NCBI GenBank assembly: GCA_048772705.1
Contig: JBLWGC010000104.1
Location: 1,054,001 to 1,118,000, forward strand
DNA: 64,000 bases
DNA from: Leidyana gryllorum EB-2025a
Taxonomy: Eukaryota > Protista > Apicomplexa
Reading direction: 5' to 3'
The number at the start of each line of letters is the position of its first letter. The first letter of the stretch is position 1. The notes under the pieces were generated by a model. It ran no database searches and had not been told where the DNA came from. It worked only from the letters and a program-made list of their open reading frames with translations. The translations under genes were made by a program, and so were the position numbers. Below, piece by piece: positions 23,340-35,729 of this stretch.

Positions 23340-25538
23340 TTATTGACCGCCAACATCATATTGAGGTTTCTTCGATATCAACTCTTGAACTTTCTTGGAG
23401 GCTTTGAAGTAGTAATATCCGTCCATTAGGACTGCGACCTCCTTGAGGATAGTCCTGAATGCGCTGTCTGCCATGTTACACGATCCGTGTTGTGCGCGTA
23501 TCTCCTTCACCACTTGATCTTTGGTGACCCCACCCTCAGGATTCGCCCGGAATATTTGCAAAAGTATCTTACGATAAGGGTCTCGGCTCTTATCCGTGCT
23601 CTCGCGTCCGATCCACAGACCCCTGAGGTTGTCGAGATGAATAATGCCACACATTTCGTCATAACTTACAATAGGTTATCTGCGACATCATTCAATGTGG
23701 GTCGAATGTCCTCAAAATCCAGTTGCTCAATCGCTTTCTTCGCTTGCTCTCGCTGATCAAGCTGAGCACTTCGTTGGATCTGTGCCTCCTTTGGCATGTT
23801 TGCCAGACGACGACGGTACTCCTCTTCGATTTCGGGGGTCAATGCTGTCTTGAGGGCTGCCAACAGATAGGGACCGGCAACGGCTCCCTCTTTTTGGAGC
23901 AAACTCTGGATGGCTCGCTTCACCCGGACACGATCCAACATGTCGACTGAAGAGAATTAGTAATGGGAAATATTTCGGACGACGAGACTCACCTCTTTGT
24001 TTGACTCCCTGTCGCATTTGAGCTGCGCGTTGCGCCTCAGCGACACACAATCCTTGCAGAGCGTTGAAAGTGGCAGAGACGCCCGCCCGATGCTTCGTCA
24101 ACGCCTCTTCACACAAAGTGGGGAAAAGTTTAATGAATTCCTCATCCGGGACGACTTTAGGCGCTATTCTACCGCTCTTCACTTGATATAAACGAGACCA
24201 TACACGTGCAGCGACTTCCATGGGTACTTTGCCGGGGTCCACCAGTTTCGCCACCGTCAGATGTTGTCCCATGGCGCAAGTCTGAATTAGCAACGTGCGG
24301 GTGAGCTTCTCGATTTCTGTATAACGGTCGTTGGCCCTCTCATATATCAAGTCAGCGCTCGCTACCCAGGTACCATTGACCAAGTGAGCCACAGAAGGAT
24401 CACACAGCAGCTCGGTGATATCCCCGTCGGTGACGTTCCGGTTTGTCAGGAACCTCTTGATGTTTGCGAATTTCTCAATCTCGCAATGTTTCATAATGGT
24501 TCTGATCTGCTCTTCGGTGCTCAGTCGGGACAGCGAAAGATAACTTAGCGGCCCGCTACCCAATCCTGCAGCAGTATCTTGACTCGTGCTCACACGTGTG
24601 CCGGCCAACTCTGATGTACTGCAACCAGCACACAGGGCACTCAAGTATTTTGAACAGCTTTGGTCGCAGAAAATCTCTGGAATCTTATCGGAAACCTCCA
24701 TTCTGCGGACTCGGATCTCTCTCTTCTTGGTGGGTGCTGCCGGAGTTGTTTGTCGAGGGCCTTCACCCTCCATAAACATCTCAAAATCGTCGTCGGCCTC
24801 GTTGGTTGTCTCTACCGCATACTTTATGGGAAAGCTCGCCAGCTGCTTGGTGATCTCAGCTGCTTGTGGGGTATCGGGCTCGAAGAAGTCTTGTACTTCT
24901 TCAAACGCCTCGTTGTCCTCCTTGGCTTTCTGCTGAGCGTGAGTCAGCTTGATCCTGGATTGGACTCCTCTCTCGGCTCCCATAGCAGTGGACTGGTCGT
25001 TCGCTTCTCCAGCTGCTTGAGAGGCACCCCCTTCAACAGTGGGATGAGCAGCTTGAGCCCGCGCTTTATGCATTGCCGCCAGGTCGTCTTGATGTGAGAA
25101 GTCGGGTCGGAACTGCAGCAGACGAGAGGCCGGGACAATGTAGAGACGTCCTTTCCGCATGAAAGCCAAGCCGTACTCACAGCCCTCGTCAGCCCGAGCT
25201 GCAACACTTTGCATTTTGTGGTGCAATAACGCATCGAGTTCCACCTTGGCAGAAGGCTGCAGCTTTCCTTCCTCCTCCATGGAGCGGAAAGAGTCCACCA
25301 AGGCCCTCGCGGATGGGTTGAATTGCGGTCCTTCGACATTGAGCGCATAAGTCAATTCCAATCGCTTTGTCTCAGGACGGCGTCGGATGCGATGCAGTTG
25401 GCCGTGGTCTCCATAGGGGCGGTAGGCTGGGCGTAGGGGATATTGTAGGAGGTAAAAATCCGCCTTCTGGTCCTCGAGTCTATTGATGTAAACATCTATT
25501 TCCCTGACAATAGGGTCGTCAACTTCCTTGGGGTCCAT
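23340..25538 (-). CDS. RPC5: RNA polymerase III subunit RPC5/POLR3E-like (Sin N domain; introns near the 3' end)
   Basis: N-terminal DDPIVREIDVY...YLLQYPLRP and LLQFRPDFSH. C-terminal winged-helix-like segments, e.g. FRTILKEVAVLMDGYYYFK. Confidence 0.8.
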
Positions 25539-25637
25539 AGGTCAAGCGCCCAAAAAAACCTCACTTATCAGCATAACCAAAAACCTGATTGAGAAGAGCG
25601 GCCTCCATTTCATATGCATTCTGGGCCGCTTGAAGTG

Positions 25638-26339
25638 TCAACTCAGTCTCGGGGGGCGGTCGGGCCATGAGCTGTTCATTGGGGATCTGAAAATCGCAAA
25701 GGCATTGGGAAGAGATACACTCAAAGCACAGATCAAAATTAACATTAGGGTAGCCAACAACTGTGGGGCGCAGAACACAGCATCTTTATACTGCCGGCGC
25801 CCGTCGGTTCCCAGCCTGCCGCTCAGGTCGCCAGTGCTTGTAATACTCACCACATCATACCATGGGACCGCTAGACGACTCTTCTCCATCATCCTTTTGA
25901 TAGCGGTTTTGCTGTCCACGGCCAATAGAACATCTCTCGGCTCACAACGATGAGCTTTCCGATGCCAAGCATTTTTGCTCGCTTTACAAATCAGATCCAG
26001 CAATACTTCATTTAAACTGTCGCAGATGTGGTGTAGGGCTTCGTCTGAGATATCGTCAACTTCAGCAGCAGCTTCCGTCTGTGTAGTGGACTCCATTTGG
26101 CAGGGGAGTACTTCCACTGCAGTCTCTCTGAGTACTCGTCTAACATCAGCCGCCGTGACTCCTCTGTCAATGTAGCGTCTTTTGGGCGAACACACGTTCG
26201 CTATCCATTCTCGTCGCGTTTTGAGCAGCGCTTCAGCCTCTCTCTGCTGCTGCTCCATCCGCGCCTGCTGCTGCATAGCGATAACATGTTGGGGGAGGGG
26301 TCTGACGAACTGAGGGCGTCCTGCGAGGGGGGGCTGCAT
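25638..26339 (-). CDS. TAF12: TAF12-like histone-fold protein (may end at 25786 if a 35-nt intron is spliced)
   Basis: ISDEALHHICDSLNEVLLDLICKASKNAWHRKAHRCEPRDVLLAV matches the TAF12 histone-fold pattern; Gln-rich N-terminus. Confidence 0.65.
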   Translation of the reverse strand: MQPPLAGRPQFVRPLPQHVIAMQQQARMEQQQREAEALLKTRREWIANVCSPKRRYIDRGVTAADVRRVLRETAVEVLPCQMESTTQTEAAAEVDDISDEALHHICDSLNEVLLDLICKASKNAWHRKAHRCEPRDVLLAVDSKTAIKRMMEKSRLAVPWYDVVSITSTGDLSGRLGTDGRRQYKDAVFCAPQLLATLMLILICALSVSLPNAFAIFRSPMNSSWPDRPPRLS

Positions 26340-26370
26340 TGCTTCTCGTTAGAATTAATTTGTAACCATC

Positions 26371-28178
26371 ATGCCACACTCACTCATAAGGCGCAAACTC
26401 TCCACCGCCTCCACCCCGAGCCCAAGAACGGTGAATACAACTGCGAATACTGTGACACTTACTGCCGATGAAGCGGCTGCAAGCAAGTTGTAAGTGCTTC
26501 AAGTCCGAAACTAAGTAACTACTTTCAGTTCGGCTGCTTGCCTGGGGTACTTCCCATATCCCGCCCTCAAGTATTTCGTGGAAGGACGAGCCGAAAGACG
26601 ACAACCTTTGATCAATCGAGGTTACTTTTGCCGAGTTGTAGCGATTCGGCAGATCATCAGCCAGTTTCTCTCTGGCATAGAAGGGTCTAGTGACGATTTG
26701 GATCTTCCCTTCCAGATTGTCAATCTCGGCGCCGGAATGACTCCTTTATACTTCTGGCTGACGGTGAGAACCACCTTCCATCAATGTGCTGTGCACAGAA
26801 ATCGCGTATCTGTCTGTCTGTCTGTCTGTCTGTCTGTCGGCACTCACCCCCCTCCCCTCAAGACTCACCCCGCCCCCAATCTCTCTGCTCACAAGCGCCA
26901 CAGGATCTTCTGGAAGAAGCGAATGCCGAAGGAGGGGGAATTGCGCAAGCTCGCCTGAGATACTTCGAGGTGGATTTTGAGAGTGTCTTGAAAAAGAAGA
27001 CGCGAGTCATCCTCCGACACTCTGCTCTCCAGAAGGATTTAGGCGTCGAAGGCGGCAAGATAACGGCACGTGAGACGCTCGAGTCGGGTTGGAATCCACT
27101 CATCAATTATCGTCTCCCCTTTCAGCGAATGGTTTGATCAATACCTCTCGATACAAAATGATTGCCGCCGACTTGCGGAATGTAGGCTCGTTGGACACTC
27201 AATGCAAACACGCGGGCCTTCAACCAAAGTGAGTCCGCCGTCCAAGAGAATCCTACTCGACAACATACATTCACTGTCCAGCTGCACAACATTGTTCCTT
27301 GCGGAATGCGTCCTGGGTTACTTGACCCCTGAAGATGCAGATGCCGTAAGTTGGCTGTCTTCTTTTCACCCTATCGATGCAGGTGATCGCCTGGACTGCA
27401 CGCGCGGTCCCGGATGCTCCGTCTGCGCTGGTTAATTATGATCCATGTTCGGCGCATGATAGATTTGGTCGCATGATGTTGCGGAATTTCCGCGATCGAG
27501 GTTGCCCCCTGCAATCGGTGGAAGCCTACAGTTCGCTCGACTCGTTGAGGGATCGTTTCGCAACTTTAGGCTTTGATCATATTTGCATACGGGATATGCT
27601 CCAAATCTACACAGACTTCCTCGATCGAGTCGATACCTTGAAGGCGGAGGTGAGCATTGGTGTCTATATGAGATTGTTCTCTTCTGAGACAGCAACTGGA
27701 ACTGTTCGATGAGTTGGAGGAGTGGCGACTCATACAGCAGCATTACTATCTGGCGGTTTGTCTAAAAGGAGCCGGCGATGCCCGCTCCTTGGGCTCATTA
27801 GGGTCTCTCCGAGGATTTCTCAAGACGGGCGAAGATGCGGTACCCCCTCGTTTCACAAGTGACGAAGCGCGAGGTACCACCCATGGTGAATTGGTAACGA
27901 GGGCACTCCAACAGATGATTCAGTGTTCCCCACACCGCAATACTACTCATAAATCTACATTCGACAGACTGCGATTCGCATCAGTCTCTTTGACCCCAGA
28001 AGACAACAATTCAGATCCCATGCTTACGAAGCCGGCGAGTTCGGCTCCAAATCTGTTCCGCTACAATGGCTCCACTCGAATCGTACAGGATGTCATCGAA
28101 GAGGAGGAGGCTGCTGGAAAAGATGACATTGAGGTTTCAACTCCCATGACTGTATGTTCCCTCCTACGCCAATGCTGA
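26371..28178 (+). CDS. LCMT1: Leucine carboxyl methyltransferase (LCMT1/PPM1), multi-exon
   Basis: TADEAAASK, PLINRGYFCRV, QIVNLGAGM, YFEVDF, LFLAECVLGYL, DRFGRMMLRNFRDRGCPL, DELEEWRLIQQHY. Confidence 0.88.
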
Positions 28179-28199
28179 GCTTTTGTGTTTTTTTCCTCC

Positions 28200-29225
28200 A
28201 TGAACCGCTTACCTCCTGGGGCTGCTCCCTATCCCCAGGCGGGGATGCCGATGATGATGCCGCCATCCCAACAGTTCTATCAACAGCCCCCCTATGGTCC
28301 GATGATGGGAGCTCCACCCCGCATGCCTTATCCTGGGATGGTGGCTCAGAGGCCCCCTGGAATGATGGCAGCGCCACCTCAGTATCCCATGGCTCCCTTC
28401 CCACCGTATGCAATGGCACCCCCTGCGGCCTATGCAATGAGACCCCCGGGCATGCCAGACATGTCAGCAACAGCCGCAGGACCTCCAACCCGCACTGGCA
28501 CACCGGAAGAAGTCGAAGCATTCCAAGCAAGGCTCAAGCAGGTTCCGGCAGCTCTCGAGCTAACGGCAGCTGGCCGGTCGCAGATGAATCTCCAGACCAC
28601 TCCAGTGGACAGAGTTGCACTCGCTCGATTCGTATTTGCCGTCCTCAGATCAGAGGTTGCCAAGGATGGGTGTGGACTTTTGACAAATGGCCCAGACCGC
28701 TCAGCCATAGCACAGTCCCAGACTGGTGGTGAACAGCTGACAGCGATGGACTGTCTGTCCATCGCTGGGCTGCGTCGCAAAGCAAAAGATGATACCAAGA
28801 CTTTCCAGAAAGCATGTGATGCGTTGGGTGATTCATTGATTCAGAAGCCACATAAGTCATTGGCATGGTTCTCTTTGAGTCCTTTCAGCTCGAAGCGTCA
28901 CTTCTACAAGATCGACAAGCAGTATCAAGTGGAGGGACATTCTTTACAATCGTTGTTGGCCGTTGGAAATCATGACGACGGCGAGAACGAGACGGCGACT
29001 GACCCATTTCTGCGAGACGATGCGAATGCCTACATTTCTCGGATTTTGCAGAAAATCACGGCGGAGACTGGCGAAACCCTGGAGGTGCTGCCTCCCCGAG
29101 CCCGAGAAATTCAAGCCGACGCAGCTGACCTCATCAGCATATTGGGAATGTGTTTCAAAGAGCACGCAGCTATGCTCACAAGACGAGCTCTCGAGGGTAA
29201 ATCTTTAACAGAAGACTCTGGATGA
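28200..29225 (+). CDS. Pro/Met-rich protein with C-terminal TAF4-like histone fold (tentative)
   Basis: PFLRDDANAYISRILQKITAETG...ADLISILGMCFKEHAAMLTRRALE resembles the TAF4 histone-fold domain; N-terminus is low complexity. Confidence 0.5.
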   Translation: MNRLPPGAAPYPQAGMPMMMPPSQQFYQQPPYGPMMGAPPRMPYPGMVAQRPPGMMAAPPQYPMAPFPPYAMAPPAAYAMRPPGMPDMSATAAGPPTRTGTPEEVEAFQARLKQVPAALELTAAGRSQMNLQTTPVDRVALARFVFAVLRSEVAKDGCGLLTNGPDRSAIAQSQTGGEQLTAMDCLSIAGLRRKAKDDTKTFQKACDALGDSLIQKPHKSLAWFSLSPFSSKRHFYKIDKQYQVEGHSLQSLLAVGNHDDGENETATDPFLRDDANAYISRILQKITAETGETLEVLPPRAREIQADAADLISILGMCFKEHAAMLTRRALEGKSLTEDSG

Positions 29226-29381
29226 ACTAACTATCGCAAGTGTGCCGGAGCGACACACAATTGCCCCTTCAACGTCAATCTGTCGAAACGACAACCTTCT
29301 GGCTGGTCGGTTTGCCTACTGCTTCTCTTCTGGGCTTCGCATCACCTGCCACGGGCTTGGCATTGACGAAGAGCGGCCTGT

Positions 29382-30432
29382 CTACCCAGTTTTCCATTTC
29401 TGAGATCCGAGCAATTCGGCCAGAACGTCAGCTTTAGGATGGGGTTCTGCTTTCTTGACGAAGCGATTATATATACCCGTGTGGAGCAAGAAGGACCCGA
29501 TGTCCATTTTCATAATCCTGTCGGCGATTTGGAGGGCCTTATTGGTGTGAATGTCTCGCAGCTGATGCCAATACATACACAAATTGACCTCGGGCTCAGC
29601 CTTCTTGCGGAAGTGCGCCAAGTCATCCTCAGTCAAGTTGATTAAAGGTTCCTTTTCTGAGGCTCTCTGACTCTGAGTCTGGAGATACATTTGAATGTTG
29701 TATCTCATATCGTAGTCAATAGTAATTTGAGAGGCCATTCTATCCAAAAGGGCTTCAACAGGTGTGGGAGACGCCAGAGCTCTGAGAAACTCGCTCAACG
29801 TGCTTACCGCCTGACAGAGTGTAACTTTAAGAGAATATCGCTGAAATGTTAGCTCACCAGTGCCGGCGTCCACCGCGGACTGTTGCCCTTTCTCAAACTC
29901 GATAAACGTAACGCAACTGTCATGACAAAAATATTATTTATCGACATGGAATCAGACTCGCACCCGAGCGGGTGGTCACAACTTGACAGCCATATAGAGA
30001 GAGGGGGGACAGACACAGAGAGACCAGAGAGTTAGAAAGGGGGGAGGGAGTGATAGAGAGGGGAGAGGCAGAGAGAGACAGAGAAGTGAGAGAGAGAGAA
30101 GGAGACAAAGAGAGAGACAGGGAGACGCCTGTTTTGCACTAACGGCTCTTTTCACATGAGTCTCTAGCGCCATATGGAGAAAGGGGGCAGGTGAGAGCTG
30201 TGCAGCTCGCGCAGTGTCGCTCTTTTTGGACCAGTCAGCTCAACGGAGGGCTGTCGGGGAGGGAGCATATTGATACGCAGCAGTTTTTGAGGAGGCGATT
30301 TTCGTGTTTGATTGTTGAGATCCGCCCTCTACTCTGTACTTTTGGGAACGTGCCAATGTGGCGGTGAATCATTGCATATATAGGCGATTCTTCTGGCCAC
30401 AAGCCGCTTGGAAATGAGGTGTTGGTAAACAT
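29382..30432 (-). CDS. Hypothetical multi-exon protein with weak EPL1/EPC-like motif
   Basis: 3' exon reads IDYDM...LTEDDL...MYWHQLR. The 5' exon structure is uncertain; a CT-rich intron lies at about 29990-30125. Confidence 0.4.
29996..30126. repeat. GA/CT-rich low-complexity tract (probably intronic)
   Basis: Continuous run of gaga/gaca-like units. Confidence 0.8.
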
Positions 30433-30540
30433 TTCATGAATGATATCGGCCGAGAAACATATAAATGAATAATGAATAATGAATTTTGATCTATATCCAC
30501 AGGCACAGGAGAACCCATAGGCTCTGTCTGCCACGATGGT

Positions 30541-30930
30541 TCATCGATGAACCAACAAGTGACGCACATCGCTGAGCTCTTTGCGTATCGCTTTGAGATG
30601 GCCATCCGTACGTTTGCGATCTCTTGACGCTTTGATACCTTTGATCAGCGCAAAGCCAGCCTGTACGAAAGTGGTGACAGCTAGAATTGGCCAGAAATTT
30701 TCAAAGATTGCGTTCGTTGTTGGTGATCGGGTCCATGAATCAATTCCAGCCGTTGATGACACGTCGACAGCTGGCTCAACGATGGGGATGGTGGCCTGCG
30801 TCGGCACATTGTGGTCTTGATGATGTTGGAAGGCTTGTGCAAGGGCTGCCCGCCGTTCATTGTTAAGAACACCGTGTAGTTGCTCCAGGGGCACCTGATC
30901 TGGGGTGACTGTAGGGCTTAGGTCTGTCAT
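30541..30930 (-). CDS. Small single-TM protein with C-terminal amphipathic/coiled-coil helix
   Basis: FWPILAVTTFVQAGFALI followed by KASRDRKR..LKAIRKELSDVRHLL. Confidence 0.6.
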   Translation of the reverse strand: MTDLSPTVTPDQVPLEQLHGVLNNERRAALAQAFQHHQDHNVPTQATIPIVEPAVDVSSTAGIDSWTRSPTTNAIFENFWPILAVTTFVQAGFALIKGIKASRDRKRTDGHLKAIRKELSDVRHLLVHR

Positions 30931-31117
30931 GGATAAGAGAGACGGCCCCTTATCAACTACCCTCTGCCAGCTGCTTAAAGGCAAATTTTTCCCCTTCTAG
31001 ACAGTTCAGAATAGTAAACAAACATCAATACAGTGACGGTGGGATTTGACACGCCGCTGCCGCACATACACTACGTTGAGGCAGGGAGTAGCTTGAACAA
31101 TTTTGGACTAAAGAAGA

Positions 31118-34100
31118 ATGCGTCAGGTGGTCCAGACCCCCGGTCAGACATCGGTACCACCGACATTAGGAGCGAGTGTGGCCTCGACGTCCGGAGGCTC
31201 TTTGGTACAGCCATCGAGCTTTGTGGCTACCAGCCGCACCTTCCATCCCCAGTTCCCGCAACAATCAACGACGGTCAAGCACAACCCACAACATGGGGCT
31301 ATTCGAGAGTTTCTCGGTGTACTGGGCATCACCGATCCTCCAGTCACTTTACAAACCGTCTTGAACGCTTTGACGCCTGACGAGATGGCTCTTTATGTCA
31401 AGCGCTTAAGTGACAACTTCCCTCGAGCGACGACACCCCATTGTGTTGCTACCATACCCTTTGACGGGGAGTGTGGAAGTCTGGTTCCAACTCTCCTCGC
31501 CACCGACACTCCTTTAACCCCCAATGACATCCAACAACAATACCTGCGGAGCTCGATGGGAGCGGGTTCCGATCATCCGCGCACCACCACGGGCCAGGCA
31601 TATACTCCTCATGGACAAGACAAGGGCCGACGGGTCAACCACCCTGGCCCCACGAGGGGAGGGTATTCCGAGTCCCGCACGGTCTCTCCTCATCCGGCTA
31701 TCCGCCCATATTCCAAGGGCGGAACCTCCGTACCCAGCAGCCTGAATTCATACATAGGTGAGATGAGACGCCCATACTACTCTTGCTCATCAACAGGTCG
31801 TGTAGGTCCCGAGGAGAGTCACCAAAGGTTGAGGCGGCCAATAAGTATGCGGATGCCAATCCCGGATCCGGAGCTCGTTGCACTGTGTCATGAAGGCAAG
31901 TCTGCGGTATACGACCCCTCTGTCCGCATTGAGTCCCCAAGTGAGTCCGTCAGCTTCCGTGGGCAACAGTCATGTTCGGGCGCAGATGATCCACTTCCCG
32001 ATGACTATAAATCCGACGACGACCCCGGATACCGCTGTTTAGCATTGCATTCGATGGACCCAGATGGGCCCTCCCAGAAAGAGTGGAGACCGCTGTACGA
32101 CTGGGAGGAAGTTAGGTATTGGAAGCGAAAACCGGCGCTCCAGGAAGCCCATAGACTTAACGACTCTGTTCACAAGGCACCACTGAGAGGTACGCGACGA
32201 TCTGTTAATCCTCTATGCCCCACAGCTTCTAGCAACATGGACGACGAGTTGATGGCAGCGGCTTCGCCTGCTCAGACGGCTGGGCAAACAACCCCCCAGA
32301 TGTCAAGTAGCGACGCTCGGTTCGCTTCTTCCATCGGGGCTGACGGTGGCAAAAGAGAACACAAATCGGCCATTTGGCCACCATCTGACCCTCAGATGGC
32401 TGCCAAGGGACGTGAGCTGTCCCCAACGTTTGGTGGCTGTGGAGAGGACGATAGTCCGACCCACAACTCGCCGACCTCCGCCGCAGGTGTACAACTCCAA
32501 CAAAGTCACACGCCGGGCAGCCTATCAACTGCCGCTTGTACAGCGGAGGGCGGCGAGCCCCAACAGTACTATGTTGAGATTATGGGGGTAAACGTCGACC
32601 GTCAGCAAGCCCGTCATGATGTAAGTGTACTTTGGTTGTCGCGGAGTGTATGAGAATCATCACTTAGGCGGAAAATTGGCGCCGGGAGTATTCTAACGGC
32701 AAACATAGTGCTCATCGCGAGCAAAGACGGAAGTACCGCGACTCCAGCCCGTCTCACAGGCTCGAGCATCTTAAGAGCGACCATCCAATATTTACGCATA
32801 CCAGTGGTCCACAACTCGACTGCTTCTGTCTCAAGTGAGTGAGAGATTCTTCCCGATGATTACGAGGGAACCTACCGCAGGGTGATTTACGAACAAGACC
32901 GCACCGGTTTCCAGGAGGACGAAGACTTCAAGGACGACTTGGGCACATATGTGGCGGGCCGATATAAGGTGAGATACTGCTTTCTGAAGTGATGATCAGC
33001 CGTCTCCCTATCTAAGATAAACCAACATTTGGGTTCGGCCGCCTTTTCGAAAGTCTACCGATGTTACGACGAACATGAGAACCGAAGCGTAAGGAATATT
33101 GGGGGGAGAGACAGTCAGTCATCTCTTTCTTCTTACAGGTCTGTTTGAAGATGATTGATGCCAAGAAGCCAGAAAACAAGAAGGATTACTTGGATCAGTC
33201 TCTGGATGAAATTCAATTGCTCAGATATCTGCAAGCTAATTCTCCTGACAAGAATCCCTCCAACTTCTACTGTATCAATGTTTTCGATTGGTTCTACTAC
33301 AAGGAACACTTATTTATCGTTACCGAGCTACTGGGGTACGTTGTGCGCCGCTTATTTGGTTTGATTTACGACGTCTAATTCCAGCGACAATCTATACACT
33401 TTCGATCAAAAGATGCTCAAACTGGTCCCAACGAAGCGATTTTTCACATTAGGTCGGATCCAGAAGATCGCTTATCAAATCCTGGTGTGCTTGTCATTCA
33501 TCCACCCCTTACGATTGATTCATTGCGACCTCAAACCTGAGAATATCCTCATCTTTGACGAGAAAGAACCTCTGGTAAGCTTCCTCTCTCAAGAGACAGC
33601 TACACGCAAACCGCCGCTCAGGTTAAGGTGATCGACTTTGGTTCATCCTGTTTCGAAGACGACAAGATCTCGGTCTATGTGCAATCCAGGTACACCCACA
33701 ATATCCAATCGCGAATCGCCACACGTATCCTACAGATCCTATCGTGCTCCCGAAGTGCTACTCGGCCTCGCCTACGACCAGAAAATTGATTTATGGAGTT
33801 TGGGATGTATTCTGGCAGAGCTATGGACAGGGTGAGCTCGGAACGAGTACGATATCGTCATCACTACCTCTTCCATCAGATATGTGCTCTTCCAGAATCG
33901 CGATGTACAATCTATGCTGGCTCGTATTGTCGGTATATTGGGACCGCTACCCTACTACATGGTCGCCGCCAGTCCTATTGCAACCAAATATTTCACAGAG
34001 CATGGCCAACTACAGCGGCTGGTCACTCGTCCGGACCGCCCTCCTGAGCCTGAAGCTCTCTTCCCCAAAAAGACCAGTCTCAGACAGCGTATGAGATGCT

Positions 34101-34273
34101 ACGACGAGGACTTCCTCGATTTCCTCACGAAGCTGCTGAGTATTGATCCGGTCAAACGGTAAGGCACTCTTTCTGACGCTCGACCCGAACTGCCCCCCAG
34201 TATCGATGCTCGGCAAGCCCTACGCCATCCTTTCATGGCCGCCGGAAAGTACGCAGATGGACTTCAACAGTGA
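31118..34273 (+). CDS. CMGC protein kinase, DYRKP-like, with long disordered N-terminus (multi-exon)
   Basis: Spliced [83 protein letters not shown]. Confidence 0.9.
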
Positions 34274-34882
34274 TAGCTCAACCCAGTCGCACTAAGTTTT
34301 TAAGTTTTCAATCCTACTTGCGATGATTATGAGAGCTGGCCCCCGTGATCCTATGCCGCCCTGCACACACCCTACCCCACCTGCCGGGGATGGACTCTTG
34401 CTGCACTTGGTGTCGGGCTTCAACACATGCCGGCCAGCCGACTCTTGTTGAGCACCCCCGTTCGTCAGCAGCAAGACTTTCATTGTTTCACCCGCACCCA
34501 CCGACAGTACAATTTGTGTGCGGTATTGCCCTTTGTGCGAGCACACACAGACGCGGCGCCACGATCGCCAACGTTCTAACTGCAACGAGTTTTTGCCCCC
34601 TTTTCCCACCGATGAAGTCTTGGCGGCCAGAGATGGTTGGACTGAACTGTGTGGGCGTGGAAACAGGATCCAAGAAGCAAAATCGTTGCACACAGACCGG
34701 ATCATGAGTAGGATCGAAGGGGACATAGCGAAAGATCAGTGTGGACACCACGACCAAGGAGGGTAGTGAGTAAACTGTGAGGGATATATAGATTCGCGTA
34801 GCAAAAAAATCGTGTGACGGCATTTTTCTGGAATTGTTCCACCAGCAGCCCGACACCTTGATTTGCTAGCAGCACAGTGACG

Positions 34883-35428
34883 ATGGAGGCTGTCAACCAC
34901 ACACCCATCGTGGAGGTTCCCGCCGCACAGGTTACAAGTTGTGAGGGCGAAGTTTGCCTGCCACAAGTCGAGGCTCCGGAGTGTGAGTCGTCACCTGCTG
35001 AGGCAACAGCCGCTCCGCAGACGACGCAGCAGCCCAGTAACGACTCCGACGATTTGTTCAAGGCGGCTGTCGACTTCACGAGCGCTTGGTTGAGGGTGGA
35101 ACAGCTTCTCGCCGAAAGACGGGCCCAAAAAGCAGTCGAAATCCCGACCGACACGACCATTGCTGCTGAGCCCCCGTCGGGTCTCGACGCCTGGGTTCGA
35201 GTAGATCTCGGAGCAGCCGTCGTTCTCGTTCTCGTTGGGCTTTTCAGCTGGGGCAAATGGAAGAAGCATCGAAGACATTATAGGGCTCGTCAAGTTCATG
35301 CGACACAGAAGCAGATGGACGCCAAGGTCGAGGCCATAGCCAGAACAGTTCATGCCATTGAGCAGTTGATTGTGTACCAGACCCACGCGAGAGCATCGAC
35401 ACCAAGGTCTGTGGTTCAATCATCGTAG
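34883..35428 (+). CDS. Small single-TM protein with C-terminal coiled-coil
   Basis: LGAAVVLVLVGLFSWG followed by a basic patch and MDAKVEAIARTVHAIEQLI. Confidence 0.6.
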   Translation: MEAVNHTPIVEVPAAQVTSCEGEVCLPQVEAPECESSPAEATAAPQTTQQPSNDSDDLFKAAVDFTSAWLRVEQLLAERRAQKAVEIPTDTTIAAEPPSGLDAWVRVDLGAAVVLVLVGLFSWGKWKKHRRHYRARQVHATQKQMDAKVEAIARTVHAIEQLIVYQTHARASTPRSVVQSS

Positions 35429-35729
35429 AAGCCAGGCCCGAATCCCCAGCCGGGGTACCCCCAGAAGGGGAATCCCCATGGGGGGTCATCACGGACTCCA
35501 ATTGAGCTGTATCGTCTCGCGTACGAAGGACTATCAAACGAGCTTCACTCATCACAGACATCATCAATTCACCTTAGCTGACGATTAGGCATGCCTAAAA
35601 CGCATTTTAGTACTAGTAGTAATTTCACTAATCTCATGTCGTGTGCACGTGGTCGTGAGGGGTGTGTCGTGTTTCACGCACACAAACCACCGTATGTAAA
35701 CTACAAAATTTGTAATCTCACATTAAAAG

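Noticed and set aside
26430-26471. EYNCEYCDTYC resembling the U1-C zinc finger
   Set aside because: Alternative frame of LCMT1 exon 1; it stops immediately and lacks the downstream His ligands.
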